Source: Vulcanimicrobiota bacterium (GTDB lineage: Bacteria > Vulcanimicrobiota > Vulcanimicrobiia > Vulcanimicrobiales > Vulcanimicrobiaceae). Taken from it: a DNA stretch of 64,000 nucleotides. The position numbers and the translations under genes are program-made. The DNA lies in assembly GCA_963777315.1 (NCBI GenBank), contig CAVZQC010000004.1, forward strand, positions 800,001 through 864,000, written 5' to 3'. Below, piece by piece: positions 19,468 to 27,939 of the stretch. Every line of letters begins with the position of its first letter. Position 1 is the stretch's first letter. Under the pieces are notes generated by a model that was given only the letters and a program-made list of their open reading frames with translations, did no database searches and was not told where the DNA came from.

Positions 19468-20342
19468 CCTTTCGGCTCGCAGTGCTCTTCTTAGCTTGCG
19501 CGATGGCGCCTGCGGCGGCGCGCGCGGGCGATGCCGGCGCGCGACATTCCGTTGCGCAGATCCGATCGGATGCGCGGCGTCTGCTCGCGCAGCGCGTACG
19601 CCGCTCGGGCTTGGATCCGAAAGTAATCACCATCGCGGACGTCGGCGTCGTTGACGATCAAGCCGTATTGTCGTGGAGCGGGGGCGAACGGCACGGCGTC
19701 ATGGGGTTGGTGCGGCGCTTCAATCGCTGGTGGGACGCATTCGATGAAACCGGCGCCTGCACGAGCGAATCGGTTAAGGGCCTCGTTCCCCCAGAGGGCT
19801 TCTCGCAGCAGCTGCTGTCCGCAGCCGCCGCGCGCGATGCCGGCGGCCGCCCGTCCGAGAGCACCTGCGCGCCTCAAACGTATTCGGACGCATCCGGCAG
19901 CGCGATCGTTTCCGCGGGGGGAGTGGTGCGCCCCAACCGCTCCGCGACGGCGGGATACGCGCTGACGATTTCGTATGCGCGCAACGACGCGGCGCCGGGA
20001 ACGACGTTTTCGCGCGTCTACGTTCGGGCGCCCACGCAGGCGGAAATGCTTGAAAACCCTGTGCCACCGCGCGGATGGGGAGGCCCCGATGCGGTCTGCT
20101 TTTTCGATCTCGAAATTCAAAGCTCGCGCCCGATAACGTTCACCGCCGGCACAAAGGTCGAAGTCTGGTTCCCGTTCGTGCTGGACGACACGCTCAAGTA
20201 CGAGCTGGGTTTCGTCAGCGACGGCACATCGACCGGCCCCGCGTATGCGAGCATCTTCGACAACGCGCTCGACTTTACGCTGCCGTCCTTTTCGATAGCG
20301 CCGAGGCAAACGCTGATGGCCGAGATCGACGCCGACTGGTGA
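19452..20342 (+). CDS. Secreted hypothetical protein
   Basis: Signal peptide ...LAVLFLACAMAPAAARA; start approximate. Confidence 0.65.
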   Translation: MARRIAFRLAVLFLACAMAPAAARAGDAGARHSVAQIRSDARRLLAQRVRRSGLDPKVITIADVGVVDDQAVLSWSGGERHGVMGLVRRFNRWWDAFDETGACTSESVKGLVPPEGFSQQLLSAAAARDAGGRPSESTCAPQTYSDASGSAIVSAGGVVRPNRSATAGYALTISYARNDAAPGTTFSRVYVRAPTQAEMLENPVPPRGWGGPDAVCFFDLEIQSSRPITFTAGTKVEVWFPFVLDDTLKYELGFVSDGTSTGPAYASIFDNALDFTLPSFSIAPRQTLMAEIDADW

Positions 20343-20343
20343 C

Positions 20344-21570
20344 TTAGCGAGCCTGCGGCCACGTTCGCGCGCCGCTCGTGCGAACGTGCTCCGGACGGAA
20401 TCCGAACCCCACAACGCGCGCGACGGTTCGACGCAGCGGCGCGCAACGGTCGAGCAACAGAGCAGCAGCCGGCGGCGCGATCTCCTCCTGCGCGCACAGC
20501 GCGCGGCTCAGGAACCGCGATTGAACCTGGACTTGCAGCATCTGCGTCAAACGCGCCGGCAACTCGCGCCGCCGCTGGATTGCGCGAAGCACCGCTACAC
20601 CGGCGGGACCGTGCAGGAGCGGGCGGCTCAACGCATTGGCCGCCGCAACCGCGTCTTGAACGGCCAGATTGATGCCCACGCCGCCGACGGGCGACATGGC
20701 GTGCGCCGCGTCACCGATGCACAGCAGCCCAGGGACATACCATCGACGCAGGCGGTCTACCATAACCGTGAGCAGTTTCACGTCGCTCCAGGTCCGGATT
20801 TCGCCCAGCCGGCCGCGCAGAAACGGCGCCAGCGCGCCGACGTCGTCGCGAAATGCGTCGATACCGCGCGCGCGAATGGCCTCGAATCCCCCTTTCCTTA
20901 TCACGAACGCGCATTGATAGTATTCGCCGCGGTCGATTGCGATCAGCATTCCGCCGGCGGCAACGGTTCCGAAGGTTTGCTGCGGGTCCCCGGCATTGCG
21001 AGACACGCGCATCCACAGCGCGTCGATGGGCGCGCCGACGTCGACGACGTCCAGCCGGGCGCGCTCTCTGAGCACGGAATGCCGGCCGTCGCACGCAACG
21101 ACGAGGCCCGCATCGATCGTAGCCTCCCCTTGCGGAGTGCGAGCGCGAACGCCGGCCACGCGCTCGCCTTCGCGGACGAGGTCGAATGCTTCGGTTTGCA
21201 TGAGCAGCGAAAACGTGGGGTACGAGTGCGCCTGCTGCGCCAGCAAGTTCAAGAAATCCCACTGCGGCATGAACGCGATGAACTTGCACCGGCCGGGAAT
21301 CCGGCCAAAGTCCGCGATGCGCAACGTTCGACCGCCGATTCGCGCGGTAAGTTCTGCTACGTTCGAATGCGGAATTGCGAGCAGCCGATCGAGCAATCCC
21401 AATTCGCCCATCACCTGCAGCGTGGACGGATGGATCGTATCGCCTCGAAAGTCGCGAAAGAAATCGGCGTGCTTCTCCAGGACCACCGTCTCGATGCCGG
21501 CGCGCGCAAGCAGCAGTCCGAGCATCATCCCCGCGGGTCCGCCGCCGACTATGCAGCAGCGCACGCGCAC
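20344..21570 (-). CDS. FAD-dependent monooxygenase/oxidoreductase
   Basis: GGGPAG, DFRGDT, CDG, GDAAHAMSPVGGVGIN. Confidence 0.92.
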   Translation of the reverse strand: MRVRCCIVGGGPAGMMLGLLLARAGIETVVLEKHADFFRDFRGDTIHPSTLQVMGELGLLDRLLAIPHSNVAELTARIGGRTLRIADFGRIPGRCKFIAFMPQWDFLNLLAQQAHSYPTFSLLMQTEAFDLVREGERVAGVRARTPQGEATIDAGLVVACDGRHSVLRERARLDVVDVGAPIDALWMRVSRNAGDPQQTFGTVAAGGMLIAIDRGEYYQCAFVIRKGGFEAIRARGIDAFRDDVGALAPFLRGRLGEIRTWSDVKLLTVMVDRLRRWYVPGLLCIGDAAHAMSPVGGVGINLAVQDAVAAANALSRPLLHGPAGVAVLRAIQRRRELPARLTQMLQVQVQSRFLSRALCAQEEIAPPAAALLLDRCAPLRRTVARVVGFGFRPEHVRTSGARTWPQAR

Positions 21571-21574
21571 GTGA

Positions 21575-22114
21575 TTATCTGCGCGCCGGCTGCACCGGTT
21601 GCTGCAGGGTTTTTTCGGCATGCGCCATGTTCATCTGTACGGCAGGGTTGAAGCCGCTCCAAGTGGCTCGGACTCGGCCGCGCGGATCGATGACGACCAT
21701 TGTGGGAAATCCCTCGATTTGAAAAAAACCGCGTGAAAGAGTCTTCGGGTCCAGTGCCACGTTGCGCAAATGCTCGGCACGCGCGAACGTCTCGACGACT
21801 GCGCGGGGTTCACCGACGTCGACCGGCACGACGTCGACCTCGGGATGCGCGCGCGCGAACGTTTCCACCAGCGGAAGGGAGAGCTTGCACGGCTCGCACC
21901 AGGATGCCCAAAAATCCAGGAAAACGACGCGGCCCCGATGCTGCGTCAGTACGAACGCGTCGTTCGAAAGCGTCGCGTAGCTGACGTGCGGCGCGGGAAA
22001 GGCTGCGGCCTGGCTCAAAAAGCGCGGCGCGACGAAGATCTTGTACAGCACGAACAACACTGCGGCAACCGCCAGCAGATCGAACCACTTCCCCGCGCGC
22101 GCAAAGATCTTCAT
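21575..22114 (-). CDS. TlpA-family thiol-disulfide oxidoreductase
   Basis: N-terminal TM, FWASWCEPC, cis-Pro GFP. Confidence 0.92.
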   Translation of the reverse strand: MKIFARAGKWFDLLAVAAVLFVLYKIFVAPRFLSQAAAFPAPHVSYATLSNDAFVLTQHRGRVVFLDFWASWCEPCKLSLPLVETFARAHPEVDVVPVDVGEPRAVVETFARAEHLRNVALDPKTLSRGFFQIEGFPTMVVIDPRGRVRATWSGFNPAVQMNMAHAEKTLQQPVQPARR

Positions 22115-23329
22115 CTACTGTGCCGCAAACACCGCCGCGATGCCTTGACCGCCGCCGATGCACGCCGACGCCACGGCAAACCCGCCGCCGCGCTCGCGCA
22201 GCTCGTGAATCGCCGTCAGCGCGATGCGCGCGCCCGAGGCTCCGAGGGGATGTCCGAGCGAGATGGCTCCGCCGTGCGGATTCAGACGCGGTCCCGTTGC
22301 CTCGTCCGCATCGGAAAACTGCAGTTCTTTCAAACACGCCAGGACTTGCGGCGCAAATGCTTCGTTGATCTCGATCACCGCCAGGTCGTGGCGATCGATC
22401 CCGGCGGCCTGCAGCGCTTTTGGAATCGCCAAAGCCGGTCCGATGCCCATGATGTCGGGATCGACGCCGACCACGCTTGCGCCGGCCAAACGTCCGATCC
22501 ACGCGATGCCGTCTTGTTTGGCCTGCTTGACGGTCGTGAGCACGACCGCAGCCGCGCCGTCGGTGATTCCGCTGGCGTTGCCGGGCGTCACGACGCCGTC
22601 CTTATGGAAACGCGGCGGCAGTTTACCCAATTTCTCCATCGTCAGGCCCGAGCGCGGGCCCTCGTCCTTGTCGATGACCGTAACGTTGCCTTTTCGATCC
22701 GCGATCTCGATGGGAGCGATTTCTTGCGCAAAATATCCGTTTGCCTGCGCTTGCAGCGCGTGCTCCTGAGAAGCGAGCGCGAACGCATCGCATGCCTGGC
22801 GAGCAACGCCGTACCGCTGCGCGAGGTTCTCCGCCGTAATCGCCATCGGCATGCCGTTGTAAGTATCGGTCAAGGCCTCCCAAAGTGTATCTTCGAACTT
22901 GACGGGCGCTCCCAGCGGCAGGCCCGCTCTGGCGCCGCGCACGACGTGCGGCGCTTGGCTCATCGATTCCGCGCCGCCGGCGAGCGCGTACGTCGACTGC
23001 CCGAGCATCAAGGAATTGGCAGCGGTTAAAATCGCCTGCAGACCGCTGCCGCACAATCGGTTGAGCGTAAGCGCCGGAACGTTCATCGGAACGCCGGCAC
23101 GCAGCCCGGCGTGGCGCGCGAGGTAGATTGCATCGACGCTGGTCTGCATGACGTTGCCGATGACCACGTCGTCGATGCGTTCCTTGGGAACGCCGCTGCG
23201 CGTAATTGCGGCCTGGGAAGCGTGAACGGCGAGATCGGTCGCGGTAAATCCGGCGAGTACGCCGCCGAAGTTTCCCAGCGGCGTGCGCGCGCCTGCGACT
23301 ACGACGACGTCGTTATCTAAGATTGACAT
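22115..23329 (-). CDS. Acetyl-CoA C-acyltransferase (thiolase)
   Basis: NRLCGSG, NEAF, GHPLGASG, CIGGGQG. Confidence 0.95.
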   Translation of the reverse strand: MSILDNDVVVVAGARTPLGNFGGVLAGFTATDLAVHASQAAITRSGVPKERIDDVVIGNVMQTSVDAIYLARHAGLRAGVPMNVPALTLNRLCGSGLQAILTAANSLMLGQSTYALAGGAESMSQAPHVVRGARAGLPLGAPVKFEDTLWEALTDTYNGMPMAITAENLAQRYGVARQACDAFALASQEHALQAQANGYFAQEIAPIEIADRKGNVTVIDKDEGPRSGLTMEKLGKLPPRFHKDGVVTPGNASGITDGAAAVVLTTVKQAKQDGIAWIGRLAGASVVGVDPDIMGIGPALAIPKALQAAGIDRHDLAVIEINEAFAPQVLACLKELQFSDADEATGPRLNPHGGAISLGHPLGASGARIALTAIHELRERGGGFAVASACIGGGQGIAAVFAAQ

Positions 23330-23371
23330 AGCGGGCGGGGTTTCCAGGCCCCGCGCTGAACCCCCCTTCCG

Positions 23372-24319
23372 ATGCCTATGAACCGCCCAGCGGCCATCAC
23401 TCTTGATGCCCGCTCGCTTTCGCCTGCAAGCAAGGCGGATCAGATTCTCGAGGCGTTCGACAAACTCACGCTCAATGCGATTCTGGAAATCAACGAAGAA
23501 ACCGATCCGCGAGCGCTGCGCAACGAACTGCAGCAGCTGCGTCCGGGAAAGTTCTCGTGGGACGCGCGCAATCTCGGGTCCAACCGCTGGACGGTGCGTT
23601 TGGAGCGCATCGACGAGAATGCGGCCGGCGAAGCGTTTCTACAGCACGTTTCTCCGTTCGCAACCGCGAAAGCCGGTACGGTGCGCGAACTTGCCGGACA
23701 AATGAGCGAACGGCAATTCAAAGCCGGCGAGACCATTTTCGACGAAGGCGAAATGTGGCCGTACCTGGGTGTCGTCAAGCACGGCAAAGTGATCCTCACG
23801 CTCCTCTCGCCCGACGGCAAAACGCATACGCTCGGCGAGCGGCTCACGCACGATACGCTCAACGACTCCGGAACGTTCGATCAAGGCGGCGCCACGACGC
23901 GCGCCGAGGCGCTCACCGACGCGACCGTCGTTACGCTGCCCAGCGAAGCGGTCCTGCACGCGTGCCGCAACGATACGGAACTCGCGCTGGGATTTCTCAC
24001 TGCCGCCTCGCAGGGGCGCCGCCGCTCGATCGACACGATCGCGGATCTGGCCTTCGCGCACGTGCTGCAGCGCGTGGCAAAGTTTCTGCTCGGCTACGCG
24101 CGCGCGTCGGTAGGCATGACGCGCGGTCTTCCCGGCGTAGAGAATCTTTCACAGGCGCAAATCGCCGCGGCCGCTGGCACGGTGCGCGACATGGCGGCGC
24201 GCGCGCTGCTTCGTTTGAAGAATGCGGGCGCGGTCGAATTGGACCGAGGTCGCGTAAAAGCAATCGACCGCGCGCGGCTGGACGCGTTCGCGCAGAACGT
24301 CCATGCGCCCCCGGTGTAG
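23372..24319 (+). CDS. Crp/Fnr regulator with N-terminal DUF2249-like domain
   Basis: LDARSL..ILEAFDKL..DPRAL..W; cNMP-binding barrel; HTH LSQAQIA..GTVRDMAARAL. Confidence 0.8.
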   Translation: MPMNRPAAITLDARSLSPASKADQILEAFDKLTLNAILEINEETDPRALRNELQQLRPGKFSWDARNLGSNRWTVRLERIDENAAGEAFLQHVSPFATAKAGTVRELAGQMSERQFKAGETIFDEGEMWPYLGVVKHGKVILTLLSPDGKTHTLGERLTHDTLNDSGTFDQGGATTRAEALTDATVVTLPSEAVLHACRNDTELALGFLTAASQGRRRSIDTIADLAFAHVLQRVAKFLLGYARASVGMTRGLPGVENLSQAQIAAAAGTVRDMAARALLRLKNAGAVELDRGRVKAIDRARLDAFAQNVHAPPV

Positions 24320-24341
24320 CTCGCCCCCGCAATAAGCATCC

Positions 24342-25577
24342 ATGCTGCGCCAGACCGCGCATCCGACCGAATCGCGCTACGAAATTCTGGGACTCTTTAC
24401 GGTTTCGATGATCGCTACGTCGTTCATCGTCGTCGCGGTCGGAACGCTGCTGCCGTACGTCGCACAGGCATTTCCGCACGAGCAAACGCACATATCGCTG
24501 CTCGTTACGGCGCTTTTGCTTGGCGGGATGCTCACGACAGCGGTCAGCGGAGCTGCGACGGATCGGTTCGGGGACAAGGCGGTGTTGATCGCCTGCGGCG
24601 CGGCCATGGGCGTTGCATTGATCGTTGCCGCCGCCGTGCCGTCATTCGTCTGGATTTTGGCATGGTTCGCCATCTATGGGATGGCCTTTGCCGGGATGAA
24701 TCCCGTCGGCAGCCACGCGATTTTGTACTTCTTCAAACCGCAGGAACGCGGTTTGGCGACGGGCGTTCGGCAAATGGGCATGCCGCTGGGCGGCGTTCTG
24801 GGCGCGATCCTCATTTCCGGTGTTGCGGAATACCTGGGGTATCGCGGCGCGCTGGCCGTGTCGGGTGTAGTCGTGCTGGTGGGAACGATGACCGCAGCGG
24901 CGCTCTACCGCGAGCCCGAGCAGCTGTACGGCAAGCCGGTCAAAGCGGGAGTCTTGCTCAAAGACGTGCTGCGCATGGGGCGAGAAACGCGACTCATCGC
25001 AATCAGCGCCGTGTGCGCCATATTGTTTGCCGTGCAAGTCGCACTCATGGGGTTTTTCCCTTGGACGCTCGTGAACGAGGCGCACGTGTCTGCCGGTTTC
25101 GCCGCGCTCGTTTTTGTGGTATCGCAGTTTGCGGCGGCCGGTGCGCGGCTCTTGTGGGGCTGGATCAGCGATCGGCTCTTTCACGGGGGTCGCATATTGC
25201 CTCTGGCGATCACGTGCGTCCTCTGCGCGCTCTCGTCGTTAGCCGTTGCCGACCTGGCGAACCTGCCCATACCGGCCCTTGCAGCGGTGGCCGTGGCGCT
25301 GGGCTTCTCGGCAGAAGGCTGGTTCGGATTAGCGATTGTCGCCATGGCGGAAGTCGGCGGGGAAGAACACGCGGGCAGCGCGCTGGGCTTCGGCTTGACC
25401 TGGGTCTACCTCGCCGGCGTGATCACGCCGATGATTTTCGCATGGCTCATGCGGCATGCGGGCATTCCTGCTGCATGGCACGCGCTGGCCGCGGTGTCTC
25501 TCATCGGCGTGATTCCGGCTGCGGTTTCGCTTGCGTTCGCGAAACGGTCCGCTACACCAGTTCGACCGATTCCATAG
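24342..25577 (+). CDS. MFS transporter
   Basis: About 12 TM helices, GAATDRFG and GWISDR motifs. Confidence 0.92.
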   Translation: MLRQTAHPTESRYEILGLFTVSMIATSFIVVAVGTLLPYVAQAFPHEQTHISLLVTALLLGGMLTTAVSGAATDRFGDKAVLIACGAAMGVALIVAAAVPSFVWILAWFAIYGMAFAGMNPVGSHAILYFFKPQERGLATGVRQMGMPLGGVLGAILISGVAEYLGYRGALAVSGVVVLVGTMTAAALYREPEQLYGKPVKAGVLLKDVLRMGRETRLIAISAVCAILFAVQVALMGFFPWTLVNEAHVSAGFAALVFVVSQFAAAGARLLWGWISDRLFHGGRILPLAITCVLCALSSLAVADLANLPIPALAAVAVALGFSAEGWFGLAIVAMAEVGGEEHAGSALGFGLTWVYLAGVITPMIFAWLMRHAGIPAAWHALAAVSLIGVIPAAVSLAFAKRSATPVRPIP

Positions 25578-26103
25578 CGGCGGTTTCGTCCGCGGCCTGG
25601 GCGTCGAACGCCGCGCGTTTGTTCTTGGCGGCCGCCTCGGTCAGCGGCTGCTCCCCAGGCGCGGAATGCGGCGCGAGCGCCTCGCGGCCTTTGCGGACCG
25701 AGCCGAGCGCATTACTCAAACGCGCTTCCAGTTCGCCCAGCATCTGCGCGGCGTAACGGTCCGCGCCCTCACGCACTTTATACGAGCGCTGCTCGGCCTC
25801 GCGCAAGATGGTTTCCGCAGTTGCCCGAGCGCGCTGCACGATTTCGTGTTCGTCGAGCAATTCCTCATGTTTGGACGTGGCCTGCGTGACGATCGCTTGC
25901 GCCTTTTCTTGCGCGGAGCGGATCATCCGCTGCTGATCTTTGGCGATCAGTTTGGCGCGGCCGACTTCTTCGGGCAGCGATGCCCGAATTTTTTCGACGA
26001 ATTCGACCAAGCGCTCTTCGCTTAGGACGCGATATCCCGCGGGCAGCCACGTGCCTTCGTGGACGTACGTCTCCAGTTTCTCCAGTACGCGATAAACCGA
26101 CAT
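25552..26103 (-). CDS. Coiled-coil DivIVA-like protein of the type commonly found downstream of coaD
   Basis: IRASLPEEV..A, GADRYA motif; synteny. Confidence 0.7.
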   Translation of the reverse strand: MSVYRVLEKLETYVHEGTWLPAGYRVLSEERLVEFVEKIRASLPEEVGRAKLIAKDQQRMIRSAQEKAQAIVTQATSKHEELLDEHEIVQRARATAETILREAEQRSYKVREGADRYAAQMLGELEARLSNALGSVRKGREALAPHSAPGEQPLTEAAAKNKRAAFDAQAADETAAMESVELV

Positions 26104-26116
26104 GCGATTCCTCCCT

Positions 26117-26635
26117 TTACGTTGACGTGCGAAGCGTTGCCCGCTTTGTGGCCATGACGCGCATTACCGGATCCGGGACCAATGCCGCGACGTCGCCGCC
26201 CAAGAAGAACACTTCTTTGACGATGCTCGAGCTAACGAACGAGTACTTTTGATCGGACATCAGGAACATCGTATCCACGTCCGAGAGCGCGCGGTTCATC
26301 AAGGCAGTCGACATTTCGTTTTCGAAGTCCGAAACGACGCGCAAGCCCTTGACGATCACGTCCGCTTCCTGATCCCGGACATAGTCTGCGAGCAGCCCGC
26401 GAAAATGTTCCACGCGGACGTTGCGCAGATGCGCCACGCAGCGCGCGATCATTTCCTCGCGCTGTTCCAGAGTGAACATGGTTTCACGCTTTTGCGGATT
26501 GACGACTACGGCAACGACGAGCTCGCCGAAGTACTTCGACGCGCGCTCGATGACGTCCAAATGGCCGTTCGTGGGAGGATCGAACGAACCGGGATAGACG
26601 GCGCGCGGCAAGCGGGAAAGGCTGCCGTTATTCAT
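26117..26635 (-). CDS. coaD: Phosphopantetheine adenylyltransferase
   Basis: YPGSFDPPTNGH, KGLR..SDFENE, SSSIVKE. Confidence 0.97.
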   Translation of the reverse strand: MNNGSLSRLPRAVYPGSFDPPTNGHLDVIERASKYFGELVVAVVVNPQKRETMFTLEQREEMIARCVAHLRNVRVEHFRGLLADYVRDQEADVIVKGLRVVSDFENEMSTALMNRALSDVDTMFLMSDQKYSFVSSSIVKEVFFLGGDVAALVPDPVMRVMATKRATLRTST

Positions 26636-27177
26636 TCGGTCGGCGTAAAGAAAGCCAGCGCGACATCGCCGTACACTTCTTCACGCACGCTCCGGTACCC
26701 CGGTATCTGCGGCAAAATCGTGCGCGCGCCGTGTTCGAAGATGACCGTGGCTTGCGGCGCGAGCAGCTTGCGTTCGAGCAGCAGGCGGAACATTTGCGAA
26801 GGAAGCTCGCTGTCGTACGGCGGGTCGGCGTACACGATGTCGAACGGTCCCTCCAGGCGGTACAGGGCGCGGTCCACCGGCGCCGCGACGACCGTCACCT
26901 TTTTCGCAACGCCGAACTGCGATGCCGCCTCCTCGATAGCTTCGGCGGTTTCCCGATGCCCTTCGACGCACACGACGGATGCGGCGCCCCGCGAAGCGGC
27001 TTCGAAACCGATGGCGCCCGTTCCGGAAAACAAATCCAGGAAACGCGAGCCGGCAATGCGCGGCTGCAGAATCGAAAACAGCGATTCCTTTACGCGCCCC
27101 GGAGTCGGGCGCACGTGCATGCCCTTGGGCGATTTGAGTTTGCGGCTTCCCAAATTCCCGCCGGTGATTTTCGGCAC
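26632..27177 (-). CDS. rsmD: 16S rRNA m2G966 methyltransferase
   Basis: RPT..VKESLF, LDLFSGTG, DPPY. Confidence 0.95.
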   Translation of the reverse strand: MPKITGGNLGSRKLKSPKGMHVRPTPGRVKESLFSILQPRIAGSRFLDLFSGTGAIGFEAASRGAASVVCVEGHRETAEAIEEAASQFGVAKKVTVVAAPVDRALYRLEGPFDIVYADPPYDSELPSQMFRLLLERKLLAPQATVIFEHGARTILPQIPGYRSVREEVYGDVALAFFTPTE

Positions 27178-27189
27178 GCGCGTGCTGTT

Positions 27190-27939
27190 CTACACCAAGG
27201 AGAGCAGTTCCGCGAGGCTGTGGATAACCGCGGTGGGCCGCGGCAAATCGTCCGGATAGGTGGTTCCTTCGGCGTCCAGCCAAACGGCGTTCATGCCGGC
27301 GTTCAACGAGCCGGCGATATCGCTCGCCGGCGTATCGCCGACGTAAGCAATTCTTTCCAGAGGCGCTTGCAGCGCATGCGCGAGTGCGGCAAAGGCTTGC
27401 GCGGCCGGCTTTTGCACGCCGATGTCCGAGCTCACGACGACGCGCCCCTCGAAACCGGCGCGCAGCGCCTTGCGCTGCTGCAGCGGAGACCAGCCGTTGG
27501 TCAGTATGGCGCTGCGCACGCCGAGTTCGCGCAATCCATGCAGCATTTCGCGCGCATCGGGCTGCGGTATGACGAAGCTGTCCACCATGTCGACGCACAT
27601 GCGCTTGTAGTGCTCCGGCCAAGAACCCTCGGAGTTGCCGTGCCGCGCCATGAATCGCTCGACCGCTTCTTCTATCGTGAATGCTCCGGCGCGCTGGTCG
27701 GCCAAAACCGCGTCGATGCATTCGATCTCTTCGGCCAGCGTTCCGATGCACCGGCCGCCGCGCTCGCAGGCGGCATCCAGCAGGCGCAAAAATGCGACCC
27801 GTTCGAGTTTATTGTCGATTCCGAGCGTGTGATCGAAATCGAAACCGACCGCCGCTATCCGGCGCCGGTTCCTTTTTGCGCCGGTTACTTCGGACCCGGA
27901 CCCTTGATGACGCGCACGAAATCGTTGGGCGCTATCCAT
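27190..27939 (-). CDS. HAD-family hydrolase (start uncertain)
   Basis: DFDHTL, LTNG, KP, VGDTPASD. Confidence 0.85.
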   Translation of the reverse strand: MDSAQRFRARHQGSGSEVTGAKRNRRRIAAVGFDFDHTLGIDNKLERVAFLRLLDAACERGGRCIGTLAEEIECIDAVLADQRAGAFTIEEAVERFMARHGNSEGSWPEHYKRMCVDMVDSFVIPQPDAREMLHGLRELGVRSAILTNGWSPLQQRKALRAGFEGRVVVSSDIGVQKPAAQAFAALAHALQAPLERIAYVGDTPASDIAGSLNAGMNAVWLDAEGTTYPDDLPRPTAVIHSLAELLSLV

